Part shown: one piece after another, positions 50,266 through 63,540 of the stretch | How positions within the stretch are numbered: position 1 is the first letter of the stretch | How the letters are laid out: each line of letters begins with the position of its first letter | Source: Eledone cirrhosa | Lineage: Eukaryota | DNA length: 64,000 nucleotides | Direction: 5' to 3' | NCBI GenBank assembly: GCA_964016885.1 | Contig: OZ024743.1 | Span: 313,534,001 to 313,598,000, forward strand | The notes under the pieces: generated by a model | The model's input: the letters and a program-made list of their open reading frames with translations, nothing else | What the model was told of the DNA's origin: nothing | Database searches by the model: none | Made by a program: the position numbers and the translations under genes

Positions 50266-51409
50266 TATATTTCTTTTTATTTCCTTTGATTTCGCCTTAT
50301 ATGTATTGCCTGCCGAATATCAACCAGATAATTGGGGCAGGCATCGTTGGTTTTGACGGTTGTCGACAGTTGTTTTTGTAGGTATTGTTCCGGACACACA
50401 TTCACGTCACAAGTCATACCACAGTGAAACGGAGTAGGACAAACATTGACGGATGAAAACAAACAAATTAAGAAAATATATATAGAAAGGTAGGGGTGAT
50501 AAAAAGAAGTATAACAGTATAAGAAAAATGATATCTTAATGGTAAATATTAATTAAATTCATTATAACTATTAGACATAAAAGATTGTATTTTGATATAT
50601 ATTACATATAAGACATATTATATTACATATAAGACAAATATTTACGACTTATGTGGGCGAAACTCGTTAGAATTCTCTTTTTGACATCATAGATGGTAGG
50701 TTTACCTAGTATGATTTTTACAAATCAGTACCGGAATAGTTTGGGATTTAAGGTACTAAATTTTATTCATCTCATTTCCAGAATTATGCAAGTTTTTCAT
50801 ACCCATTTACTGACACATTTCTATCAAACGTTACAGCCATGTCAATGAGTAAGCAGGTTATATATTTAAACTCTTTAATGATAATATAAGGGTAGTTTGC
50901 ATTAATGATAACTGAGTGAATGGTAATATTCCAAAGGATTGTGACATGACTAAACTGGCGATTCAGCAGAAAGAGGATCCCACCGAATCGACTTTCTTAT
51001 TGAGGTTGCGAGTGTCGCGTATTGAACTAGTATTGAGTGTTATCTAACAAGTGATGAGTAATTGTTAACGATTTAACGACAATCAATCATATCAAAATCT
51101 CGTGTTTTTTGCCTATATAATATGGTCCTGCTATATGGAGGTACACAATTTTATTTATGTTCGAAGTACATCCTAACAGCTCTGACGGTTTGAGGAGTAC
51201 AAAATTCCATCTGTCGCCACGGAATTACGTTCAGTGTTATTGTTTCATCCTCTCTTCAGTTCTACAGTTCATTGTGCTCCATTGTATCGAAATAGAAATT
51301 TGTAATTTTCTGCTGCATGTTCAATTACCTACTTAATTTAAGGAAATAAAACAGATACAACAGATTATTGCTCGTTCAGTTTCAGTTATTAGATGTTGTT
51401 TGTATTGAT

Positions 51410-54330
51410 ACTGTTTTCTGTGTGATCTTTGTTACATTATTTACATATTATCCAGTAGATGTATTTCCCCACCTTTTCATGTCTAATCGTATATTGAGTG
51501 TGAGGCCTCCCAAGATTATATAGCCAATTGTTTCAAGCTGTACGTCACACATCCTGCGCCATTTCTGATAATACCTGTCTGGTGAAGAGGCTCTGGTCCT
51601 GTGGAGCAAACCGCCTTCTGTTGTAGCCTTTATTCCCGAATATCACAATCAATAATGGGTATGAGCTCGATCTACGTCAGTGTGTTGGGTGCAAAGGTGG
51701 AATTGGCCGTGTAGTGTTTTGTTGTCATCTTCCTCTTTGCCTTGTTTCTGTTGATTTTTGCTGTCTCAGTTAACGGTAGATTAGCGTCATAATCTTGATG
51801 TGCGTTTTCAGTTTTAGGTTCTTTCGTTTACTTTTCTGCTCCTTTGAGTGCAAAATGGAGTTTCTATTGATTTTTGTGATCTTATATTAACATCATCACC
51901 AAGTCATTGGTGCTCTCTATGTACGTTCGTAAGCCTATTGTATGACAGATGAAGTTAGATTAGCCCTCTTCCTCTTTCTTGTCTTGGCAAATATAAACGA
52001 TCTACATAAACCATTTGTTAACTATAATGAGTTTTTCATGTTTTTGAGTCCATTCTTTGAACATCAGATAAGTTCCAATTAATGATGTAATAACTGTATT
52101 GTACCACTGGTATAATACAGCCTAGAAACAATTTTAGAATTTAGTTCAGTTTTCAGGATCAGCTTTCAGGATCTCTTCTTTCCGTATTTTCTCCTGCATT
52201 TGATTTTTAAAAATTCCATCACCTTCGATTATGCCAAGATATTTATAGGTGATTTCTGAGTCCAACTCCTGTATAATTGTATCTATATCGAGTTTGGCAG
52301 ATGATGTTTTTGTTAGATTTCCTATTTTAAACTTTGCTTTGGCGCATTTATGAAGGCTAACTCCATTCAAATATTATTGCTAAATTGCTTCACGGTTGTT
52401 AAAGTCCCCGTATCTCTTGGACATTTGTAGCGTACAATTTTAGGTCATCCATAAAAAACAAATCGTTAATGTCCTCATTGTCGCTGTTCATTGTATACAC
52501 GTATTTCATTGTATAAACATATTGAGCTTCATAGGGCAGGTCAAAAGAGATATTCCGCAATGATATTCCGTAATATTCCGCAATGAATTTTAAGTTTACT
52601 GACTTTATGACTTTGCTTAAAGAGGACTCTACTCCTTGTTGTCATGCTGATTCATACAATGTTAAATATTATAGGGGATATTTTGCACGTTTCTAGGGCT
52701 TCTAATACCCATTCATGTGGATTAAAGGATTTTCTATTATCAATCCACACACTGCTTTTATTTTTCTCTTTGGACAGACAATTTTCAAGAATCATCTTGT
52801 TATTTAATAGATGGTCTTTGCACTCATGTGAGTTCCGCTTTCCTCTTATTTATTCCTGTGGGATTTCATCAAATTATTTTATATCCGCTCACTTAGTATA
52901 GTCGACAGGATATTCTAAGTCGTAGTGAAACAATTTATTGGCCTATAGTCTTTGGATTCTCTGTTCCAGCTGTTTTGGAGAGAAGATATCTCATGAATTC
53001 TGTTGACCAATTCTGAATTGTGTTCGGGTGTTGTATTACGTCATTTCATTGGAAAGTGTTTTATACATCCCTGTAAGTGCATCCATTCAAAAGTTAGTGA
53101 TTTCCATTTATGTGTTTTACTAAGTGCCTGCCTTAGCACACGCAGCTCTATTTCGTGCCATTCCTTATAGTTAATTTCTCTCATTCTGTCTATTTCTCTC
53201 TTAATTCATTCAGTTTCATTATTATATTTCTTCTTCATTGCTCCATATATTTCTCCAGAATTGTTGAACTTCATTCATATCTGGTGGTTCCTTAATCTCC
53301 ACTTCCCTTTTTCCCGGTAAAATTTATTTGCATCAGTTTGAAAGATTTTGTTTTGTTTGTGGAACTTGCGTCTCTTATCGAGTCATCTATTTCTCTGTGC
53401 TTTGAGATTGATGCGTTGTTCCAAAGTTTCTTTGGTGTTCAATAGAATCTCTTCATCTGTGATGTTATACTTTCTTTTAACCTTTCTTGCTTTTCTAGTC
53501 TTTACATTCACCAACCTTGCCTATCTCTTCGACTATTCACAATTTCTCCCTCAGGTTATCAATAATTGTCTGTATTTTTCTTTCCATTTCGGTTGCTTAT
53601 TAACATGTCTGTTTTTTTTGTTTCTTTATTTCAATTTCAAGACCAATTTTGCAGCTTATAATTTTACCTGTAAAGTATGCGATGTTGTTAAGAGAGGTTA
53701 TATCGTTTCTACCTTCTGCTAAAATCTCTTTCATTGCAGTAGTGTAAATTTGATTTTATTAATATACATTTTATTGTTCTGAAACTTAGAAGGTTTCTCT
53801 CTGTCTTTCATTTCGGTACATAACATAGTTCCTAATACTCTGACAATGTCTTATTTGGCTTCTGAAATGTCTTATGCATTGTCATCTACAATCCTGCATT
53901 CGTTTTCATTATCCCCAGCAGCTGGTTTCCTAAGTTGTTATTCTTCAATGTTTCTATTCTGTCTCATTTTATCAATACTCTCCTTGACTTCTTCTTCCGA
54001 CATGTTATCAATTGTTACTGTCGGTGTTTTGATGTTCTTACGCTCTATTGCTATTTCTAGTTCTCCGTTATTACATTGTGTTTTTATCTGTTCTAACTCA
54101 GACAGTGCCAATTTGTTTTCTTTTACAATGTACCTACATGTGTTACCCCGTTTATTTGCATCTATGTTCTGGTGGGTGTTTTCGCGGAACAGTTTTCTTT
54201 ATTCAGTGTAATATTTGATTAGGGGTTGTTTAATGTTGTATAGAATGCTGTCATAATCTTTTTTTATATTTCTCCCTAGTTCATTTGTTTTCCGAGTTCC
54301 TGTGTTGTTCTATTGGTCCAAGCTTGGGGA
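51410..54330 (-). mobile_element. Heavily decayed R4/Dong-like (RLE-type) non-LTR retrotransposon
   Basis: Reverse strand DINDLFFMDDLKLYA (~52430-52475), YKYLGIIEG (ORF 52146-52370) and RHEKVGKYIYW (~51450-51485). Confidence 0.75.
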
Positions 54331-54774
54331 TTTCTCGGTTCTAACGAACTGTTGAACAATTAGTGAGGTAAGTTGTTCCAGTAGCCAACTATTCGATCCT
54401 AACCTGTTGCATCACTGAGGGACGCGTCCCTTAGTAACCCGCGTAATGTACGATGAGGTATGATTTAGGGAATTTTGGCATTTTGTATTTATAAATTCCA
54501 TTTTATCATTACTGGATATATATTCGTGAACCACACTAAATAGATTTTCTTAAAGAGGTCTGTTTACCCTCATTATATAAATATGTACACACTTTAGTGA
54601 ATGGCTGTTGATTCCCATGAGTTCCTCTGCCTTTTGACAGCTTTTGTTTTTGAAACTGAAGGGTGTCCAAATCTACCCCCTCCTCACAAAGTAAGCTTGT
54701 TGCGGTTGGCAGTGGTGCTGGGTTACATGTTACGAATCGCGTTCAAAAATTATCTGACTTATTATTATTATTCA

Positions 54775-55400
54775 AGCGGTAAAGGCGGCGGATCGGCAGT
54801 ATCGGTAGAGGGTCGGATGCTATGCTTTGACGCATAGAGTTACGGCCCTTTCCATTCTGATTTCAAATCCCGCCTAGGTTAACTTTGCTTTTTATGCTTT
54901 CGAGGTCGATAAAATATAGTACCAGTTATGTACTGGGATAATTGCTGGTCTTGTGCCAAAAAGTAGAAACAATTATTAAAGCGGTAAGGGCGGCGGATTG
55001 GCAGTATCGGTATGGGGTCGGACGCCATGATTTGACACATAGAGTTACGGCCCTTGCCTTTCTGATTTCAAATCCCGCCGAAGTTAACTTTGCCTTTCAT
55101 CCTTACGGGGTCGATAAAATAAAGTACCAGTAATGCACTGGGTAATTGCTGGCTTTGTGCCAAAAGTAGAAACAATTATTAAAGCTGTAGATTGGCTGAG
55201 TCGATAGAGCATCGGAAAAATGCTTAGCAGTAATTGTTTTTGATCTTTACGTTCTGAGTTCAAATCCCGCCGAGGTTAGTTTTGACATTCATCATTACGG
55301 GGTCGATAAAATACAGCACCAAATGGCACTGGGGTCGATATAAACGACTTTCCCCTCCACCACAAATTGCTGACCTTGTGCCTAAATGAGAAACATTTAT
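54775..55400 (+). mobile_element. Head-to-tail chain of three full OK-like SINEs
   Basis: Copies at ~54775-54975, 54980-55180 and 55182-55400, each ending gaaaca(a/t)ttatta. Confidence 0.9.
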
Positions 55401-55714
55401 TATCATTATTATTAATTGTACATGAAGGTATATATGATATTAATTCACAATTACATTTCACATTTATGTGAAAAGAAATTATTAATTTAATCTTCACAAA
55501 GGAAATATTTCTGGGATTTCGAAAGCAAAATAAATACATTGAAATAATGCCACAGTGTGTTACACATGACCAATATTTAAGAGAATTGGTTTAGCTGGTG
55601 GGCAAATGAAGATCGAACAATTTGATGAGGATTATTGAGAAATAATGGAAGAAAGTAGTATTTGTTTTTATTTCAATTTATTTTCCTTCAGATATGATAA
55701 ATGGTAGGAGGTTA

Positions 55715-56066
55715 ATAATAACGACGATGACGATGACGATGATGATGATGATGATGATGATGATGAAAGGAAGGGAGGGGGAAATATGAAGCAGGAGATG
55801 GAAAGGAAGGAGAAATAAAAGAAACAGAATAATAATAATAATAATTATTATTATTATTATTATTAGTAGTAGATGACAAAGGGAAGGAGTAGAAGATGAA
55901 GATGGACAAGAAGAGAAGGAAAAAAGGAGAAAGTGAAGGCGTAGAGGTAATAGTGTAGGTAGAAGAACCATACGATGTAAAAAGGAAAAAAAAATAGAAG
56001 AATATTGATAAGGAGGAATACGGATAAGAAGACGAAGGCGACGAAGACGACGAAGACGAAGACGAC
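55715..56066. repeat. Compound purine-rich/trinucleotide simple repeats
   Basis: (GAT)n, (AAT)n(TTA)n, (GAAGAC)n. Confidence 0.8.
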
Positions 56067-56722
56067 ATGCATTAAATCGCTTTGTGTTGATACAATAAAT
56101 TTAATTGGTTGAACTAAATATCATTTTTGACTGGGTTTGGTTTTGATTCGGTTTCACTTTATTGAAATCTGTAAAACAATGGCTGAATACTATTGACAGA
56201 TGCATCAATAAGCCTTATAATCGAGAAGGAAAAAATAAAATTTTATCCGTTATTTTATATAATGTAGTTGAATGTCAATTATCTAGTGCTAGTGTTATCA
56301 CTTTTTTTCCGTTCGGGGTTTTATTTTGATTGTTTGTTAAAAGCATTAAGGAAGATGCCGTGATGACATGATGTTTCATTGTTAAGATGTTCGGCTCAAG
56401 ATCGTCAGGTGTTGAGTATGATTCTTTTAACTGCTATGTGTCCTTAGGTAAGGCTTTTTATTTCAGGCTAATCCAGTCGACACAACTGGTTAAAAAAAAA
56501 TGAGTTGTATTTATAGTTCAAAGAGCCAGTCTCGTTACTCACCGTGTCACGTTGAACCTGGCAGAGAACTACGTTAAATATGCAAGTGTCTGTGAAATGC
56601 TCAGTCGCTTGCACGTTAATTTCACGAACAGACTTTTTTGCTGTTCGAAAAACAGGAATATTCGGCTTCGAAATTGTTGGGGATCCAAACACACACACAT
56701 ACACACATACACGCGCCCGCAT

Positions 56723-56827
<105 letters not shown>

Positions 56828-56855
56828 TACATACATACATACATACATACATACA

Positions 56856-56886
<31 letters not shown>

Positions 56887-57139
56887 GGACAGGCGTTGAA
56901 AATGTAAACACTGTTTTTGTGTTTGATGTGCCTCTCGTCGAAGGGATGTTGTCATTTCTGATTCCAGCAGGCAGCAGAAATCAACAACAAAATCAAAATA
57001 TTCTTTACAGTTTCAACAACTGTTTGACAACAGTGGATTAACTATTACATAATACTCCTACGACTTCTTCAGAAGTAAGTTCGCATATATGCTAACGACC
57101 ACGCACCGTCGTCTCTATAAGCTCACAGTCTCCTAATCA

Positions 57140-57350
57140 TAACGTGGCCTTGTGATAAGGTTGTGGGACTTAAGATCATAATGTCGTGAGTTAGATTCCT
57201 TGACAGGTTTGTGTTTGCGCTTTTGAGCAAAACACTACATTTCACGCTGGTCCAGTAAACTCAGCTGAAAAGGAGTACCAGGAATAGCCGGGGGTTTAAC
57301 CCTACAATGGACTGGCGTCGCTTTACGACATGAACACCGATACGCCTCCT
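57140..57350 (+). mobile_element. tRNA/CORE-like SINE, diverged
   Basis: cgtggccttgtgataagg ... gagttagattcc ... ttgagcaaaacactacattt ... gtccagtaaactcagctg. Confidence 0.55.
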
Positions 57351-58378
57351 GGCTTGAAACAGACTTTATATATTTTATATTCAAAATTCCTATTTATCAT
57401 GTCTGTGTTGTCTTCTTCAAAGGGCTACTCACCATAAAGCTTTGTTAATTATACTTCAAATCTAAAATATTTTCGTTTATGTTTTTATGTTGTATTTTTT
57501 CACGTAAGAAATATATATCAATATGGCTTTATTAAAACAACTTCATATTTATGTAAGTTTAAAAATATCTTCCAACTACGTTTCTTCCTTTGAACGAATT
57601 AGACTTGATAACTGGCACAAAGCAAACTCACAAATGTTGTAAATTATAAAATAATGAGATAACGAGAGAAAATTAGATTTTGGGGAGAAATTATGCAGGT
57701 TTTTAAGTAAAACTCATCTGAAGATAATAGATGGGATTGGCTTGACTTATAAGTATTATGTTTAACGGTCTAAATTTGTTATTTCATTTCTATTTTGTAC
57801 TGAATATAAGCAAACACAATTGTATACGTTGATTACCTTACCCCCCCCCCCCCACACATATATATATATATATAAAATAAAGATACAGAAGGTTAAAATA
57901 TATTTAACAACTCGGAACTCAATAATCTACTGGAACAACCTCATAAATCTGAATGGGTTCCTTCCATGCCAACGTATGGATTACTCACACTACACCGTCT
58001 CTCTCTCTCTACACGCACAGAGATGGTGTAGGGCAGGACAAAGGAAGGACACAAAATAAAAACTTAGTCACTGAGGAGGTCACAGAATATATGACGAAAG
58101 AGGTTTGGCAATTTATAAAAAGCTTCCAGTTATCGAACCAACCAGCCAACCGGAAACCTATAATAAGCTGATGTGAAATCCAACAGGTGTGTGTGTTTTT
58201 ATTGGCAGCATGACCCTCCCAAAGTATAACAACATCTGTTTCAACACACGTTTTCAGGTAAGAATCCTCGCAAAACAAATTCAAACACAAATATATATAT
58301 ATATGTGTGTGTGTTGGATTTAATCGGGCATAATCACAGTAAGTAAGGTAGTCAATACATAGCAGAGTAAACATTTTA

Positions 58379-58499
58379 AATATAGAAATGGCTTCTACAG
58401 GACTAGAACTATTTCATTCGAAGGAAATTATCAAGTAAGCTGACTGTCAATGTGATAAGGGGGGATTTATACATTTCCTGTAGAAGCCATTTCTATATT
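58379..58499. repeat. Inverted repeat (~23-bp arms) enclosing a degenerate U3-A8 hammerhead-like motif on the - strand
   Basis: aatatagaaatggcttctacagg...cctgtagaagccatttctatatt; reverse strand TTGATAA-t.ttc-cttc-gaa.t-GAAA-tagttctag-TC with poor stem I. Confidence 0.55.
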
Positions 58500-58706
58500 A
58501 AATACTATATTTATAAGAAAAGTGGGTATGTTTGTATAGAAAGCTGTACAATTCAAGTGAATTAGACTATCAAAGTGGCAAGTCGGAGGGGATTTGAAAG
58601 AGTTGAGTGTTAGAAATGTTAAGCCACTTGCATTGTACGGCCTCCTAAACATACATACCCACTTTTGATTCTCATATTCCACAATTCCTCAAACAAACTA
58701 CACAAC

Positions 58707-59062
<356 letters not shown>

Positions 59063-59342
59063 TATATATATATATACTGTGTAATGACCATATCATTCCA
59101 AAGATTTGGGCCAGCCTGAAGCTACATTAAATTACACTTGTCCTTGTCCAAGATATTATTCTTGTGGCTTAAACAGGGTCTATTGTGATTATAAATCTAA
59201 CTCCTTAAATGTTCGATTATGAGCGATGCCCTTTTTAACGTTCCTGTTAAAAAAGTCTTGCTTGCTTGTTAGTAAAGATTGAAAGACCTTTTATCAGAGA
59301 TCTGAGCGATTAGCGTTAACCCGTGTTTAAACAACAACGTAA

Positions 59343-60326
59343 TCTACTTATATATATAACCAGCAATTTCTCTGTCTGTCTGTCCGACAGTGGAAACACG
59401 TGCGTAGAGAGAGAGTGAGAGTGAAAGAAAGAGACAGACTACGAGAGGGGGATAGCGGGAGGGAGAGAGAGAGAATAGACGCTAAAACACTTGCTACAGA
59501 AACATTACCTTCCCCTCTCCACTGACTTTGGTCACTGAGGCCGAGTGAATCGCTGGTTGCTATAGAGACACCTTGCACAAGCCAGAAGTAACCAGTTCGA
59601 GGCGGTTCTGACTTGACACCATGCGAAGAAGGTTGCCATTGAATTTGTGGTTTGAAGAAGGTTGCCATTGAATTTGTGGTTGTTGCTGCTGATAATAAGG
59701 ACCATTTGAAGAAGGTTGCCATTGAATTTGTGGTTGTTGCTGCTGATAATAAGGACCATTGGAAGAAGGTTGCTGATGATGAGGTAATTTATTAATCGAA
59801 TTGCGCAGTTCCATAACCTACGTTTGATTTGTTCAATTTTTTTCTTCAATTTTTTTTGTTGTTTTTTTTTTTATTTCTTATTGAAAAAATATAAATAATA
59901 AAATAAGGTTAGAAATTTAAATACAATTAAATACGATTTCATTTCCATTTCCAGCAGCCAATGTCGAGTGTTCAATTTCATGAAAAAATTGGAAATAATT
60001 CAAAAAATTGAAGTTTAACTTTTGAACATTTGTTTTGACAATAAAAAAAATATTTCCTTATTCACACCTAATGGTATGATTAAAATTTCATAGGAATATT
60101 TGTTTCTAACCGCCAGTTATTTATTTTCTCCTTTTTCGTTTTAACATATATTTATTTCAAAGATTTCACCATATAGATAACATATATATTTATACATGCA
60201 TAAAAGACACACCTAGAGACGGTGTACATGTGGTGCCGAAAACATTTCTCAACCAAATCTCAACAATATCAGTATATACACTAGATTTGCTAGCAGAAAA
60301 CCGCCCACCGGGTGATTTTCTGCTAG
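59343..60326 (+). mobile_element. Non-autonomous Helitron with internal minisatellite (copy 1)
   Basis: a|TCtacttatatatataa start; 3' hairpin ctagcagaaaa.cgccc-acc-gggtg.ttttctgCTAG|t; duplicated at 62492-63540. Confidence 0.8.
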
Positions 60327-60647
60327 TCTATATATATAAAACTGATGTTGTCTGTGTCCTCATTTTTGCAAAGTCTATATAAATCCAGATTTCTACTCCG
60401 ATTGAGTTCAAACTTGCATTTATATATTCCTTGAGGTCTAAAGATATTAACTGCCGCTTTTTCATTTTTTTTATATTCTGTTGTTAAAGGGTGTTAGGCG
60501 CGGGTTATCCATCTCCGTCGCGCTCTTATAATATCTGTCTGTATGCCTGGCTGTCTGCATAACGTCATTGCTGACGTTTATCTTCGATACATTCACACAC
60601 AGACACGCACACACACACACGCACGCACGCACGCACGCACGCACGTA

Positions 60648-60690
<43 letters not shown>

Positions 60691-60734
60691 GCGCACACGT
60701 ACACGCACATATATATATATACATATATACTTTT

Positions 60735-61330
60735 ATGGTGGCTGCCAACTCGTTTTCGAGTACAGCCACTACTTTATAGCCATGTAGGAGAACTCCTACC
60801 GATACGCTGAACGAGGGTGATTTTTAGTCCAGCCAGCTACCTGAAAACTCTGGTACAAACACTATACCTGTGACAATTATTGACACATAGTGCTGGGCCC
60901 TTGGTACCATGTGACGACAAGTGCAGAGAGATCTCCAGATATAAAGCAATGCCTGTGCCGTGAAGCTTTTATAGTGAGCAAAGTCACTGCACAAAGCCAG
61001 TCCTACTCTCTTAACCAAGATGATATTTACCAAAAAGAAGAACAAGTCAACATCATTGGATACCATTAGAGTTGCAGGTGTTATATCAGAGTTTTCCTTC
61101 TCCTAGAATTCTGCCTTGACAAAGGCTAAGGAGTCATCTCTCCCGGTGATTTTGGATGGCCATTGACTCTTAAGAGCTCCTTTGCCATTTGACAGGTTTT
61201 GTTTTTACTCCTGCATGATGTCCAAAGTCACCCTCCTCACCAAGAAACCTTGGTGGGGTTGCCAGTTTAGTCGCCAACGACCCGATCATGAAACAGGTTG
61301 TACTGGGATACATGTTACCAGTAGCACCAT
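60735..61330 (-). mobile_element. RTE-derived non-autonomous element (RTE 5'UTR joined to RTE-like 3' end), ~595 bp
   Basis: Reverse strand contains ctaggagaaggaaaactctga, typical of RTE 5'UTRs, and ends tcgaaaacgagttggcagccacc. Confidence 0.7.
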
Positions 61331-61449
61331 ACATATATACATACATATATACATATATATATACATACATACATACAACCATCTTGCCCAGGTTTATGAG
61401 CATGAAAAACAAAAATACATATATACATACATATATACATACATATATA

Positions 61450-61892
61450 CATGGTGGCTGCCAACTCGTTTTCGAGTACGGCCACTACTTTATATCCATG
61501 TAGGAGAACCCCTACCGATGCGCTGAACGAGTGTAACTTTTTAGTCCAGCCAGCGACTTGAAAACTCTGGTACAAGCACTACACTTGTGACAATTATTGA
61601 CACATAGTGCTGGGCCCTTGGTACCATGTGACGACAAGTGCAGAGAGATCTCCAGATATAAAGCAATGCCTGTGCCGTGAAGCTTTTATAGTGAGCAAAG
61701 TCACTGCACAAAGCCAGTCACACTCTCTTAACCAAGATGATATTTACCAAAAAGAAGAACAAGTCAACATCATTGGATACCATCAGGGTTGCATGTGTTA
61801 TATCAGAGTTTTCCTCCTTCTAGAATTCTTCGTTGACAAAGGCTAAGGCGTCATCTCTCACGGACAAAGGCTAAGGGGTCATCTCTCCTGGA
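61450..61892 (-). mobile_element. RTE-derived non-autonomous element, 5'-truncated
   Basis: Near-identical to 60735-61150; small tandem duplication gacaaaggctaagg.gtcatctctc at the truncation point. Confidence 0.75.
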
Positions 61893-62087
61893 TATCTCTA
61901 CTTATATATACACATATATATACACATATATACATATACACATATATACACATATACATACATATATATATATATATACATATACAAACACATATACACA
62001 TATATAGATATACACATATACACATAAAAATATATGTATATATACACACACACACACACATACACACATATATTTATATATATATAT

Positions 62088-62437
62088 ATATATACAATAT
62101 ATTAACAAATGGAAACTATATTTATAAAACCATATTTATTTCATTATACATATTTCAAGGGCCACGAAGGCAAACTATGGTGCGCTTTCATCGGATAAAA
62201 TATAATATAGGTTAGTTTTATGAATAAATATTGACATACCCTGAAAATCCCAGGAGATTCCAACCAGAATGGTTGCATTTTTTCAGGGTATGTCAATATT
62301 TATTTATTAAACTAACCTATATTATATTTTATCTGATGAAAGCGCACCATAGTTTGCCTTGGTGGCCCTTGAAATATGTATAATGAAATAAATATGGTTT
62401 TATAAATATAGTTTCCATTTGTTAATATATTGTATAT
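62088..62437. repeat. Palindromic element (~158-bp arms, ~30-bp spacer) next to (TA)n
   Basis: 62088-62247 is the reverse complement of 62278-62437. Confidence 0.92.
62325..62390 (+). ncRNA. Type I hammerhead ribozyme with canonical core
   Basis: tattttat-CTGATGA-aag.cgcacca..tggtggcc.ctt-GAAA-tatgta-TA-atgaaata. The mirror copy at 62137-62202 (-) has CCGATGA. Confidence 0.8.
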
Positions 62438-62491
62438 TTACTCCAATAATTTGTTGAGTGCTTTATATCAGTTATAAAAATATTTTGCTTG

Positions 62492-63540
62492 TCTACTTAT
62501 ATATATATAACCAGCAATTTCTCTGTCTGTCTGTCCGACAGTGGAAACACGTGCGGAGAGTGAGAGTGAAAGAAAGAGACAGACTACGAGAGGGGGATAG
62601 CGGGAAGGAGAGAGGGAGAGAGAGTGAATAGATGCTACAACACGTGCTATAGAAACATTACCTTCCCCTCTCCACTGATTTTGGTCACTGAGGCCGAGGG
62701 AATCGCTGGTTGCTATAGAGACACCTTGCACAAGCCAGAAGTAACCAGTTCGAGGCGGTTCTGACTTGACACCATGCGAAGAAGGTTGCCATTGAATTTG
62801 TGGTTTGAAGAAGGTTGCCATTGAATTTGTGGTTGTTGCTGCTGATAATAAGGACCATTTGAAGAAGGTTGCCATTGAATTGGTGGTTTGAAGAAGGTTG
62901 TCATTGAATTTGTGGTTGTTGCTGCTGATAATAAGGACCATTTGAAGAAGGTTGCCATTGAATTTGTGGTTTGAAGAAGGTTGCCATTGAATTTGTGGTT
63001 GTTGCTGCTGATAATAAGGACCATTTGAAGAAGGTTGCTGCTGATGAGGTAATTTATTAATCAAATTGCGCAGTTCCATAACCTACGTTTGATTTGTTCA
63101 ATTTTTTCTTCAATTTTTTTTGTTGTTTTTTTAATTTCTTATTGAAAAAATATAAATAATAAAATAAGGTTAGAAATTTAAATAGAATTAAATACGATTT
63201 CATTTCCATTTCCAGCAGCCAATGTCGAGTGTTCAATTTCATGAAAAAATTGGAAATAATTCAAAAAATTGAAGTTTAACTTTTGAACATTTGTTTTGAC
63301 AATAAAAAAAATATTTCCTTATTCACACCTAATGGTATTTTCTCCTTTTTCGTTTTAACATATATTTATTTCAAAGATTTCACCGTATAGATAACATATA
63401 TATTTATACATGCATAAAAGACACAACGTGAGTCGGTGAACATGTGGTGCCGAAAACATTTCTCATCTAAATCTCAACAATATCAGTATATACACTAGAT
63501 TTGCTAGCAGAAAATCGCCCACCGGGTGGTTTTCTGCTAG
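62492..63540 (+). mobile_element. Non-autonomous Helitron with internal minisatellite (copy 2)
   Basis: Colinear with 59343-60326; more repeat units, a ~48-bp deletion near 63337, same 3' hairpin and CTAG. Confidence 0.8.

Noticed and set aside
50277-50462. Short Cys-rich ORF (CPTPFHCGMTCDVNVCPEQY) as a host exon
   Set aside because: No clear AG acceptor or GT donor and no neighbouring exons; may be a transposase Cys-rich remnant, but this is unsupported.
59080-59340. Possible CR1/L2-like LINE 3' fragment on the - strand (GPNLWND)
   Set aside because: Single short motif; too decayed to support a call.
59620-59780. Regularly repeated gaagaaggttgccattgaatttgtggtt as a possible CRISPR array
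   Set aside because: Intervening sequences are identical rather than unique spacers, the context is eukaryotic, and there are no cas genes. It is a minisatellite.
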